NCBI GenBank assembly: GCA_043228905.1
Contig: JBHGNT010000012.1
Location: 20,522,001-20,586,000, forward strand
Direction of reading: 5' to 3'
DNA length: 64,000 bases
Origin: Azolla caroliniana
Taxonomy: Eukaryota; Plantae; Polypodiophyta
This document shows, piece after piece, positions 1-12,722 of the stretch. The notes under the pieces were generated by a model. That model was not told the DNA's origin. It worked only from the letters and a program-made list of their open reading frames with translations, and made no database searches. How positions within the stretch are numbered: the stretch's first letter is position 1; the number at the start of each line of letters is the position of its first letter. The translations under genes and the position numbers were made by a program.

Positions 1-2717
1 GCCCATTTTCTTCGTCAAAAAAAAAGATTGATCGCTTCGTCTCGTTGTAGATTACCGTGGCTTGAATAAGGTTACAATCAAGAATATGTATGCTCTTCCC
101 CTTATCTCAAGTCTTTTGGAACGGATCAATGGTGCCAGGTTCTTCACGAAGATCGACTTACAGGGAGCATATAACCTCATACGGATCCGACCAGGAGACG
201 AATGGAAGACTGCGTTTTGCACCAGATATGGGCACTTCGAGTATACGGTCATGCCGTTCGGCCTCACTAATGTGCCGGTAGTCTTCCAGCACATGGCTAA
301 TGATATATTCCGAGATCTATTGGATGATTGTTTGATCATCTATTTGGATGATCTACTGGTTTATTCAAAGACCCAAGAAGAACATGATTCTCATGTACTA
401 TTAGTACTAAAACAATTTCGAGAACATGGTCTGTATGCAAAGCTGGAAAAATGTAGTTTCGGGTGCAACCAAGTGGAATTTCTCGGCTACATCATTTCGT
501 CAGAAGGCATCTCCATGGACCCAGCTAAGGTCAAAACGGTGGTAGAATGGCAGACTCCGCGTTCGGTGTGGGATGTGCAATGCTTCTTAGGCTTTGCCAA
601 TTTTTACCGGAAGTTCATACAAGATTACTCAAAGATCGTTCTACCTCTCACACAACTGACCAGGAAGGGACAACCGTTCATCTGGTCTGAAGAAACGGAC
701 ATGGCTTTCGAGAGTCTTAAAAAGGCATTTACATCGGCTCCAATTCTAGCTCATGTCGATCCGGAAAAACCATTCATTATCGAAGCTGACACATCGGATT
801 TTGCATTGAGGAGCATTCTGTCACAACAGGGGAATGATGAGAAGCTACATCCTGTGGCTTTTCACTCACGCAAGTTTGATACCGCCGAAATCAACTACGA
901 AATTCATGATAAGGAGCTATTGGCAATAGTGGATTCTTTTATGCAATTCAGGCATTTTCTGGAGGGATCCTCTCATCCAGTCACCGTATTTAGTGACCAC
1001 AAGAATCTTGCCTACTTTCAGGATGCTCGTGTGTTGAATCGACGTCAAGCTCGGTGGGCCCACTTCCTCACGCGTTTCGACTTCAAAATTACATGTCGTC
1101 CGGGGAGGCACCAAGGGAAGGCAGATGCATTATCACGGCATTCGTATCTAGCACCCCGTCCCGGCGAGCCAGCTTTCGATAACCAAAAACAAGTCATCTT
1201 GGGACCGACACGACTACAAGCAACACAGATCTTTGACATGCCTATGGATTCCCGCGTTATTGATACCATATGTGAAGACTTGAAGACAGATGCGTTAGCC
1301 CAAGCTATACTAGCACAAATTGATCCCTCTCGAGTGTCGTGTTCACAGTCGCAACCACCAGGTACGGATTATCGGCAATTCAAATACCATGATGGATTAC
1401 TCTTCTTTAAAGAACTTTTGTATGTTCCTAATGGTTCTTGCCGCCTTTGAGTAGTACAAAACTGTCATGACACATATACAACTGGGCATTTTGGTAGTAC
1501 TAAAACATTAAATGTAGTACAACGAACATTCTGGTGGCCCTGTATGCGACAATTTGTCGAGGATTTTGTTCGGACTTGTGATACATGTTGCAGAGCGAAA
1601 ATGCCAATGCATCATCCATATGATTTATTAGAACCATTACCAATTCCAAGCAAGCCGTGGCAATCCATTGCTCTAGACTTCATCACAGATCTTGCAGTCT
1701 CTAAGGGGTTCAATGCGATTCTAACGGTGGTGGATCGATATACGAAGATGGCTCATTTCTTGCCATGTACTAAGGAGATCTCCAATGAAGACACTGCCGA
1801 AATTGTCATGCGTGAAGTATGTCGGCATCATGGACTTCCCGATAGTATCATCAACGACCGTGGACCCCAGTTCGTGTCAAAATTCTGGAAGCACCTTTTT
1901 AACATGCTCAAGGTCACTTGTAACCTCTCCTCCGGCTACCACCCACAAACTGACGGCCAAGCTGAACGAACAAATCAAACGTTGGAGCAGTATCTGCGGT
2001 GCTTTCTCAGCTATCATCAAGATGACTGGGCAGATATTCTCCACTTCGCCGAATTTGCCTATAACAACTCTATCCACGCATCCACTAAAGTTACGCCATT
2101 TTATGCTTATACGGGATGTCACCCCCGGTGGAGTGTTACGCAAGATACAAGCGGATTTATCTACTCATCTCCAGCAAGCTCAACAAACACACAAGGTCTA
2201 CGCGGATCGTCATCGACTTCCATCCAGTTTTAATATTGGAGATCGGGTGTGGCTACTACGACGACACATCAAGACTACTCGTCCATGTGAGAAGTTAGAT
2301 TATCGGCGATTAGGTCCTTTCTGTATTATTGGACAGATTAATGATGTCGCTTTTCGTCTCGATCTACCTCCTCAACTTCGGATACATCCGGTGTTTCATA
2401 GTTCTCTCCTCGAACCGTACCACGAGAGCACCATCCCAGGACGTCTTATCCAACCTCCACCCCCGATCGAGCTTGAAGATGGGCCGGAGTACGAGGTTGC
2501 CGCCATCCTTGATTCCACGATTGTTCGCAACAAGCTCTACTATCTAGTCGATTTGCTAGGCTATAGACCCAACGGACGTACTTGGGAACCGATCAAGAAT
2601 GTGACCAATGCTTGTGCTCTTCTTGAAGACTTTCATCGTCAATATCCACACAAACCAGGTCCTCAATCCAAGACGACTCGTGACACTCGTCGTTTTAAAG
2701 GGGGGATAGTGTCATGA
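1..2717 (+). pseudogene. pol: Ty3/Gypsy chromovirus (Tcn1-like) pol: RT, RNase H, integrase, chromodomain; degenerate
   Basis: RT motifs (KIDLQGAYNLIRI, YLDD), RNase H (IIEADTSDFA, YEIHDKELLAI), integrase (IALDFITDL, HPQTDGQAER), GPF motif and chromodomain (EYEVAAILDS..YYLV..GY...TWEP). TGA at 1448 and a frameshift near 2135. The element begins upstream of the window. Confidence 0.93.
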
Positions 2718-3145
2718 CATGGCAAGACTCGAACCCATGACCTTAGGTTATATGGGTCGAGCTCTTGACCATTAGATCATCTATTGTAATACGTAGAATA
2801 TTATTTTCATTTACATTTTATTATAGGAAATTAGTGTATATTCCAGATTTCTCTGGAACATTCTAGAAGCTTCAGGATTACTCCTGAAAACACTATAAAA
2901 GAGGGCACTAGGCATTATGTTGAACCAAATTGGTTCAACGCCAGTCTTAAGCCTTTTAGCCACCATTGTATATTTTCTTCATATAATACATATCTTTCTT
3001 ATCATCACTCTCTCTCTCTCTCAATCTCTCTCTTTCTCTCTGTCTCGCTCACTTCTTCCTTCTCTCGAAGAAGTTCCACACCTCTCATAGTACTAATCCT
3101 TCGTTTAGTACTAATTCCTTCTCTGTCTCAGTACTGTTCATGACA
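2710..3145 (+). mobile_element. 3' LTR of the chromovirus
   Basis: Follows the PPT AAAGGGGGGATAG (~2697-2709). Terminal inverted repeats TGTCATGA...TCATGACA and TATAAAA at ~2894. Copia sequence resumes at 3146. Confidence 0.88.
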
Positions 3146-5297
3146 GCAAACACAACATTGCGGCTGACTCAAACTTCTTTGGTTTGGTGGTTATAACACT
3201 TCGCTCTTCTTCTCAATTAGGCATGGTCAGGTATGCTGAGTGTAGTCATCGATGAAGGTTACAAAGTAATGACAACCATCGATGCTCAAGTTCTGGCCGG
3301 CCCCACACATCCGAATGGATCAAATTGAGCTTAATATTTCAACTCTGATTATGCTCATTGGGGAATGGAAGTCAATGCTTACTTGGCCCTTCCAGCCACT
3401 AAATCTCGGGAAGCCAAAAACGATGTTCTTTTCCTACATTTCTCAAAGCCGTGGGAAGTTGACGTGTCCTATTCGACCTTCTGCCCTTTGGCAAACATAG
3501 TGGTGTTGACGTCGTTCGTCTTGAGGATAAACATCATCCCGTCTCAGTGCCCTTGTGAAATAATTTAGCCTTCTTCTTCGATGAAGCACCCGAGGTGCGT
3601 GAACCGAACCTGCATCCCTTGGTTGATGATCTGTCCGATTGACACCATGTTCTTGGTGATCGTTGGGACATGCAGGACGTTCCTCATTATTCCTCTTTGG
3701 TCGACATGGCTCAGAGGGACATCTCCGATGTGCTCGATGGGATGAGGGGTGTCGATGTCAGTTTCGACAACCCTTGACTGTTCCAGCTTCTCCATCGTCG
3801 ACAACCACTCCTTGTGGTTCATCATGTACCTCGTTCTACTTCGAGGTGTTCGCCGCCATCGAGTTGGCCTTGTGCTTCATTAGGAAGACAAGGCCCATTC
3901 CGACTCGCTTTGAGCCTTCAGCATAGTGCGATCTTTGACGTCTGTCTACATCTCCTCGACTCGGTCCGAATCGGCGTGCTTCTTCCAAGTCTCGCTCTCT
4001 GTGTGGCCCTTCCGGCCACAATACCAGCATTCCATTGCAATCTTCCCCTGTCGACTTCCAGTGTCGCCTTGACTCCTCCTGCTCGTGGAGGGTCCGGAAC
4101 AGTTGTTGGCATTTCTATTATGCCTTTGGTTCTACTCTTGTCGGCATGTCGAACTGTCTCATCCTCCACAACCATGGGGCATGTTCGCCTCCATATACAA
4201 CATCTTGTTGTTGTGCTTGTTGATGCACTTGTGTGGTTCTCTTCAACAAGAAGCATAAATTGCAATTGAAGAAGGACAATGTGTTCTCTCTTATGCAACT
4301 TGCCTTTCGAAATGATCCGAATGTAGACGCCAACCCTCCGAGGTAGACATCCACCATTCCGTCCGCGTTGACGGTCACATTGATGAAGGTGAGGGAGTTG
4401 TAGGTCTCCTTGATCTTGGACGTGTAATCGGCCACCGACATGTCTTTCTGTCGGATATTGCTCCGCTTTTGTCTGAGTTGTAGTTTCTGGCCATTGTGCT
4501 TGTGGTGAAGATCCTCTTCAAATTCGCCCAGGCATCCTTTGACATCTTAACATCCCAGATATAGCTCAATAGCTGATTGCTCACGCATGATGCAAAGCAG
4601 TATAGAACTCTGCTTGCCGCTTGTTCCCAAGCCGTCGTATCTCTATGTGTTGACTTCAATGTTGCATCATTTCCTCCTTCGACATAACTCTAGTACCCGT
4701 GTCCGAGCAGGTACTAGTGCATCTTGTATGACCAAGATGCGTAGTTGCTCCTACCGAGCTTTTCCGTTGGAAGTGAGCTCCGGAAGACGAAAGCTTGTCT
4801 CTGTGCTTGTTCGCGTGTCGATTGTAGAGGATTCTTCTAACCCTCATGCTCTGATACCTGTAAAGGATTACATGCAGAAGCTTATGAACAACAGACACAA
4901 CCAGCTCTGTTCGGACAGCAAAGAACAGACAATTAGGTAAACACAAAGTAGGAGAGAGAGAGAGAGAGCACAACAAAACTTCTATTACAGAAATGTTCAG
5001 TACATACAATATGCTTGTAGAGCACTTTTTATACAAGCCCTGACGAGTGGGCTAACACAAGTACTATCAATACTTTAATGCACATGAATGAGCCTGATAC
5101 TGATTAGCCTATAATAGGCCTATTTACTAAAATAGGCATATAGGATCCCTAACAACCTATCTGATTCCATCCAACTCGACCACCCGATTCGGCTTTCGGC
5201 TTATTCAACCGAATCGAGCCTAGTCGATCGACCCACGTTCGATTTGGCTCTCAGCTTCTTCAGCCGATTCGACCCATGTTGAGCTTCTCTCTCAATA
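3146..5297 (-). mobile_element. 5' half of a degenerate Ty1/Copia element (LTR, gag, protease, start of integrase), interrupted by the chromovirus
   Basis: PBS GGTATCAGAGCA (tRNA-Met-i) on minus at ~4847-4858. LTR ~4859-5297. Fragments WEQAASRVLYCFAS (gag) and HMMNHKEW..NVLHVPTITKNMVS (protease region) resemble the element at 7232-11650. Confidence 0.8.
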
Positions 5298-6342
5298 GAA
5301 CTCTAACTTATCTTCGTTTCTAGGTTACCTTCGACTCTGCATAATCTTCCACTCTACAAAACCTTTGACTTTTATTTACCTTCAACTATGGGTCATAATT
5401 GTTAAAAAACATGTATTCTACATTTAGAATACGTTTTAGAATACTATGATGTATTCTACGTATTTAAAAATGTTGTAAAATTTCTATGTATTCTAGTTAT
5501 CATTTCAAAAAGTTGTAAAAGTTTTAAAATTATTTTTAAAAAACAAATCTTTAAGATTTAAGAAGTATTTAACATATTACAAGTATTCTACCAATTTAAA
5601 TGATTCTACACGTATTCTAAGTATTTTATCTATAAAATATGTATTCTAAGTATTTAAAAAAAGTTAGAATACTTAACATACATATTCTACACGTATTGTA
5701 TGCTAAGCATTCTATAACAATGCTCTTGGTTACGTTCGACTGATAACATCACCTTGAAGACCAAAAAGTGGTAGCGGTTAGACTACAATACTAACATATT
5801 GGTCCCATGGTTCATGAGTAGTGAGGTTGTCTATTATCACGTAGAATGTTTCAAAGAAATCATGTGATCTTATGAACCTCTTGCTTTATAATAGTTGAAA
5901 CCACTTTCTCTCGATGATCAACCAATACAATGGTTCAAGAACCTCCAAGATGAAATGCTAAATGACCTCACAAGGAGAAGGTTATGACTATTTGTATAGG
6001 AGAAGGAACTAAATGGAATGCCATAGACCATTTGTTTTATCTCTAGCAAGAGACAAAAGACACAGTACGTGACACCATTAAGCATACAAAAAGCTTACAC
6101 AATTGAAACGAACTTGGCAACAAAACGTTGGATGAAAAACCAAACCATTTGATCATCAGCAATTTATAAACCCCACCACACAAAAATTCTAATAGCTTGG
6201 TTTTTGCCTAATTGCTTAGGTCTATATTAGAAGTTTGTATAGTAGTCATGACCTTTGAATTCTATATGATAAGATTCCAAATACCTATGCCATCCACAAC
6301 TAGCTCGAGAGAGACTATAACTCAAAAAGAGTGTAGAATGTC

Positions 6343-6567
6343 CTTAGGCTACACAATACACAAAAACATATGGTAAGACATGAATGCTTATATCTCAACA
6401 AACATCGACAACAATATTGGGAGGTTAGGCTACACAATACACAAAAACATATGGTAAGACATGAATGCTTATATCTCAACAAACATCGACAACAACTACA
6501 CAATACACAAAAACATATGGTAAGACATGAATGCTTATATCTCAACAAACATCGACAACAATATTGT
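6343..6567. repeat. Tandem repeat, ~70-80 bp unit, 3 near-identical copies
   Basis: CTACACAATACACAAAAACATATGGTAAGACATGAATGCTTATATCTCAACAAACATCGACAACAA occurs three times. Confidence 0.92.
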
Positions 6568-6823
6568 GAGTGGTGAAAGGCATTCACCATGCACTATGCA
6601 AACAATTGTAGAGAGATGTGAGGGTAGAGAGAACCACCACGATGTCAAAAACCACGACCATTGAGCCATTCTCTTTTGTTTTCTTTTCTATATCTCTCTT
6701 CATCACCTACATTTCAAAGATATTGAGTCATTCCTTCTTTTCTTTTCAAAACAAAATATCCTTCCATTAGTTAAAAAAGTCATAACAGCTACAATATACA
6801 AAATATTTTTTCCCAACCCATCT

Positions 6824-9800
6824 TGTGAACACACCTTTGAGAATCTATGAGCACTCAAAGGTCAAAAGTCACCATTCCTTTCTACACATTAACTATATGT
6901 CATAGAATCATATTCTATGACACATAACTAATGAGTTTCCACGTCCCCCATGACCCATGAGCTTCTATAGTTCTAGAGAGTGAGTGAGTGTTTTAGTGAG
7001 TTAATGAAGAGAGAGGGTGACCTCATATAAAGCACCCTCCTAGTTTATAAAGAGTTGGTTATTCTCCCTTGTAATGCTACATTTTTGTACATTATATTCT
7101 CCTTGTTAATACACATCTTCTTGAGTACTTCATTTCTTTTATCTATCTTGTGTTTCTCTCCTCTCATCTCATCTTTTCACAAACACACACACATCTCTTC
7201 CACTGCATAGAATCATTTGTGATTCTTTACATGGTATCAGAGCAATTTGGTAGCTCGATGTAGCCCATCTGCGTGTGTTTGAGAAAAATCGGCTCATTGC
7301 TATTGTAGTGCCACTACATAGCTCGTGTTTGAGAGAGAAGCGAAAAAGAAAGAAATCTACATCGACATAATGAATACTCAAATGGGGAGCGCTCTCCTTA
7401 GCGAGAAGTTGGATAGAAACAACTTTGCATCTTGGGAGTACACGATGCACCAATACCTTGTCGGCCAAGGGTATTGGGGTTACATTCAAGGAGCACAAGA
7501 AAACAATCCCGACCCAAAGGACACCGACTACTCAACATGGGAGTAAGCGGCAAGACGAGTGATGTATTGCTTGGCAACATGTGTCCATGACCACATGCTT
7601 GGTTACATTCGGGAAGCCAAGTTGTCGAAAGAAACTTGGGAGAATCTCAAGAAGATATTTGCCACCAATATGATGGCACGAAAGCTCCAACTCAGTCAAG
7701 AGTTGAACAACATTCAACAAAGGGATATGTCCATCACAAGCTACACCTTGAAGATTGAGGAGCTTTGTGAATCACTCAGTTCGATAAGCGTCAATGTGGA
7801 GGATGATGACATGGTGCAAATTTTCCTAGGCGACCTCGCACCACGGTTCAGCGCGATGAGAACCACCATCCTACCAAGGGAGAATCCTCCCTCTTTCTTA
7901 GATCTTCAATCAATGCTATTGGTTGAAGAAAATCATGTTCGAATGATGAGAAATGTCTCAGAAGGCCACATGTTGTACACACACTTGGATGGAGGAAGAG
8001 GATGCGGTCGTGCTAGAAGAGGCCGATTCAGCCAAGGACGAGGCGGACGTGGTTTGACCTATGAAAGCAACTCCCAATTTCGGCAAGAAAGCGAAAACAA
8101 TCGAGAAATGTTCGGAAGAAGGGGTAGCTTCCATGCCGGTCCAAGATGACAAAACTCAATCGAATGCGGATATTGCGGAAAAATCAGCCACCACGAAGGA
8201 CAGTGATGAAAGAAGAAGCGTGAGTCAGCTTCCACTAGCCGACAACTAACCAGTTACGCTGTTACGGGCATGACCATATAATATCCCGTGGTGAGAATTT
8301 ACCGTAGTATTCTATACACGTGGATAAGTGTGAGGGTTAAACGAGAGTGTAAAGAAGGGGACGATTACTTTTAAATCCTCGGGATTGAGACAACCCATTA
8401 GGCCAAGTGTGAACATGGCTGGGGGACTTGGGTATCGCTATAAATAGAGGCCTAGCTACCCTCATTTCATTATCTTGTTGACTACATCGAGACTCTGTCT
8501 TGTGGTGGGTCAACTCTTGTAGCGAGTGCGCCAACACCAGGTACGACTCGACGCCACGGCGGTGGTATGGGACGGCGATTGAGGCTCGAGTCCGTCTCGA
8601 TCCCTTCGCTTGGGGGTGGTCGGGTGGATCGGCACCCTTCTTTCTCTCTCTCCTTTTTATCTATTCATCTATATTCTATCCTTATCTAATGCTTACATTA
8701 GTCTATGTCTCTAACATACGCCACCAATTCCGACCAGAAGACCATGCGGAATGTTAGTGATAAGATATAGTGCAAATTCTATGTTGGCTTCTACTTCATC
8801 TAGTGCCTCCGGTCTGGAAGATGTGTGGTTCGTCGACTCCGGTGCTTCGAACCATATGACGTCTCATCAAGAATGGTTTTGAGACCTTCGAGAGCCAGAT
8901 TGACCTGGCTATGTCGAGACCGGAGATGATACCGCTCATTCAATATGGCACATCGGCAATGTCCCATTCGGGAAAGAAGGCGAACGAACTTGCATCAAAA
9001 ACGTCTTGCATGTACAAACCATAACGAAAACTTTGGTCTCAATCGGCCAATTTATGGAGGAAGGCATGGAAGTCTGATTCAACCAAGGTGGTTGTTTCAT
9101 AGAGAAGGAAGGTCAACTCATCACTCGTAGTTGAAGGGAAGGCCGAATGTTTATCCTCAAGTTGAATGAGGTAAAATTGGCCATGTTTGCAAAGGGCCTC
9201 AAAGCCGACACAAACATAGAGTTGTGACACAAGGGGATTGACCACATCAATCTCAATAAACTTAAGACAATGCAATCGAATGGTGCCGTCATTGGACTCC
9301 CTACATTCAAAGAGAAAGAGATTGAAGGAGTATGCCAAGCTTGCCAATTCCGCAAGCAACATCGACACCCATTCCCGAAGGAGAGGAACGTGACCAAAGG
9401 TCTACTAAACATAATCCACTCATATGTGTGGGGACTTGCCCAAATGGCTACATTTGGCGGATGCCGATATTACGTGACCTTTATCAACGACTTCTCTAGG
9501 CACACCTGGATCTTCCCCATGAGGCAGAAGAGTGGTGTTTGCCCACTTCCAAAAATTCAAAAGTGGAGTAGAAAAGGAAACAGGTCGGCATGTACGATGT
9601 CTTCGATCAGATGGAGGCAAGGAATACTTCTCCGATGCATTCATGGCATACCTTCGACAAGAAGGAACCAATCGAGATTTTTCGTGTCAATATACACCAC
9701 AACAGAATGGAGTAGCCAAATGAAAGAATCAACACATCCTTGAAGTAGCACAGGCCATGCTGAACAAAAAGCACATGTTGAAGTCTTATTGGGCCGAAGC

Positions 9801-12103
9801 AGCATGCACAACCATCTATCTAATGAACCAATGTACAACATCCAACGTGCACGAACTTACCCCTCACATGTAAGGATATTCGGCTTACCCCTCAAGTACT
9901 ATGAAAAGAAGTCAGATCTATCCCATGTAAGGATATTCGGCTTTATTGCATATGTTCAAATCCTTGACAAAAAGCGGCAAAAGCTAGATCCCAAGTCGGA
10001 GAAATGTATCCTCGTAGGATACTCACTGGAGCAAAAGGGGTACAAATGCTTCAACCCCTCAACTCAGAAGGTTGACGTAAGTCGGGATGTAGTCTTTGAC
10101 GAATTGGTGTCATGGTACGAACCTGAGCTAACTCCTCCCGAACCATCTACAAACGACCTTGACAACACAGAAGACGATGATCAACTAAGATCAATACCCT
10201 ACGAGAGTCCGATCTCAACCACATTGAGTGGACCTCAAGAGCCTCCAAGCGACCAAAGCACATCTCGACTGAGTCCAAAGATGGACAAAGGGACAGCCAA
10301 AATGCCGGAATATGAAGACGGCAATGAATCAACTCACTCACTCGACAATGACTTTGGTGCCTTTGATGTGCCTCTTATGAGGTCACCCGGAGTTAAGAGA
10401 GCACTCACATCGGCACACGAAAAACTTTGTCGCTCCACCCGAGAAAAGAATCTGGTTAGCCGATTCGGCTACAACGACTATATGGCATATCACTATGCCT
10501 TTATGATGAAGGTGGCAATAGTTTGAGAACCGGCAATTTTTTCCGAGGCAACCAAGGATCTACGATGGGTCGAAGCAATGAACAAGGAGATGCACACACA
10601 CTATGCAAGAACGAGACATGGGATCTCGCCCCCCACTCACCACACAAGAAGGCAATCGGTTGCAGATGGATATTCAAGGTGAAGTATAATGTTGACGGCT
10701 TCGTCAACCGCTACAAAGCTCGACTCATAGGAAAAGGTTATGCACAGACACATGGAGTTGACTATGGCAAAGATGACAATTGTGTAGATCGTGATAGCGC
10801 TTGCAGCAGCGAAAGGGTGGCAACCTCTCTCAATCAGAACCTAAAGCTAGCTACTGACTCTAGCACGGAAGAGTGCGAGCCGACTCATTATCGAAAACTG
10901 ATCGGGAGCCACATTATCTCACAATCACTCGACCCGACCTCAGCTACCCGGTAGGTCACCTTAGCCAATTCATGCAAAAACCACCTGACATTCACTTGGA
11001 TGCGCTAAGCGAGTGTTACGATCCGTGCGTGACACGATGGATTGTGGCATTCTCTACAAATCAGCCACACCAATTCGACTCGAGGGGTACACAGATGCCG
11101 ATTGGGCCGGCTATAAGGCCTATTGTCAATCGACCTCCGGATTTTTTTTCTCCCTCAGCAATGGCGCAATATCCTGGAGTAGTACGAAGTCGCCGACTGT
11201 TGCACTTTCGCGCATAGAGGCCGAATACAGGGGTGCAATTGTGGCTGCATGTGAAGCCGTCTAGCTAAAGAGAATCTTGAAGGATTTGGGCGTTCCCATC
11301 AAGGATCATATTCCCCTATACTGTGACAACATGAGCAGAATTCATCTGGTTTGGAACCTAGTGTTCCACGCATGCACGAAGCATATTGAAGTGAACTATC
11401 ATTTCATTCGAGAGCGCATTTAGGCTAAAGATGTCAACCATCGACACATCAACACGAATCTTCAGACAACCGACATCTTCACCAAAGCCCTAGGAGCTGA
11501 CAAGCTTCGGCAATTCATGTCAGACCTTGGATTGACAGTCCTTGACTTGCCAACCTTGAGATAAGTACAAACCAGACACCGTTCAGACCAGATACCAGCC
11601 GAAGCGGACATCAACTAAACGACGCCAACCCAAAGTTGAGCTTGAGGGGGCGTGTTGAGAATCAAGCTCAACTTATTCTAGTGTGTGAACACACCTTTGA
11701 GAATCTATGAGCATTCAAAGGTCAAAAGTCACCACTCCTTTCTACACATTAACAATGTGTCATAGAATCATATTCTATGACACATAACTAATGAGTTTCC
11801 ACATTCCCCATGACCCATGAGCTTCTATAGTTCTAGAGAGAGAGTGGGTGTTTTAGTGAGTTAATGAAGAGAGAAGGTGACCTTATATAAAGCGCCCTCC
11901 TCCTACTTTATAAAGAGTCGGTTATTCTCCCTTGTAATGCCATATTTTTGTACTTGATATTCTCCTTGTTAATATACATCTTCTTGAGTACTTCATTTCT
12001 TTTATCTATCTTGTGTTTCTCTCCTCTCCTCTCCTCTTTCCACAAACACACACATATAACACACATCTCTTCCACTACACAGAATCATATCCGATTCTTT
12101 ACA
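6824..12103 (+). mobile_element. Degenerate near-full-length Ty1/Copia LTR retrotransposon
   Basis: 5' LTR 6824-7231 (lacks ~30 bp of its 5' end), PBS TGGTATCAGAGC 7232-7243. Gag, PR, INT, RT and RH fragments carry many stops, frameshifts and an internal RT deletion. PPT GAGGGGGCG, 3' LTR 11653-12103 (TG..CA). Confidence 0.92.
8260..8716 (+). mobile_element. Solo LTR inserted in the Copia gag-PR region
   Basis: TGTTA...TAACA termini flanked by a perfect 5-bp TSD TACGC (8255-8259, 8717-8721). TATAAATA at ~8439. Confidence 0.9.
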
Positions 12104-12722
12104 ATTACAAATGAATTACAAACAAAAATTCTCAATTCTCTCTCATCCTAACTTTCCTTAAAAACTATTTGCTTTTCGATCTCACTTAGACTTAGGCTCG
12201 ACTTGTGCATGTGTAAGTAAGTGTTTATAAAATAAATATTGGGATTCATCAAGATCTCTACTCAAATCCCAAGTGTGTTAGTTATTGTCTTGAACGTCCC
12301 CAATTCACATCCCTTGTCCTATTATAACTGAAATCCTAATTCATCTCCAAATTTACTTATTATTCTTAGCTTGTTGAGCTCTAATAAACTTAGTTAAAGG
12401 ACGAGGGGATACTTGGGTTGAAACCAAAAAACAAACAAAGAACTTGGAGATCAACCTCCACAAACTTAAGAAATGAAATAGAATGACGCTAAAAGCTTAA
12501 AGCAATGAATTTTCTACAAAAGTGTAAAAATGATGGGGTGGTTGGTTTCGCATTCTTGAACTAGCAATAATTCAATTCATGGCCATTATTCGCGAAGAAA
12601 TTGCAAGTGTGGTGACAAAAGCTCACATAAAGATATAAAATATGTTGAAGATTTGAAATACCTCTAAAATCAATTATTACGAAACTCAACATTGTTAATA
12701 GTGAAGCGTTGCTTATTGATAT

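Noticed and set aside
2715-2782. Calling the LTR cassette a functional tRNA gene
   Set aside because: Acceptor and T stems do not pair properly. Reported only as a tRNA-like promoter module.
5036-5056. CTGACGAG resembling a hammerhead ribozyme core inside an LTR
   Set aside because: No stem II followed by GAAA and no cleavage-site arm. It is only a small AGCCC/GGGCT hairpin.
5389-5726. AT-rich block with repeated TATTCTA/TAGAATA motifs as a MITE
   Set aside because: Only partial terminal inverted similarity and no TSD could be fixed.
6343-6567. Repeat array as possible CRISPR
   Set aside because: Units are contiguous copies without unique spacers, the context is eukaryotic and there are no cas genes.
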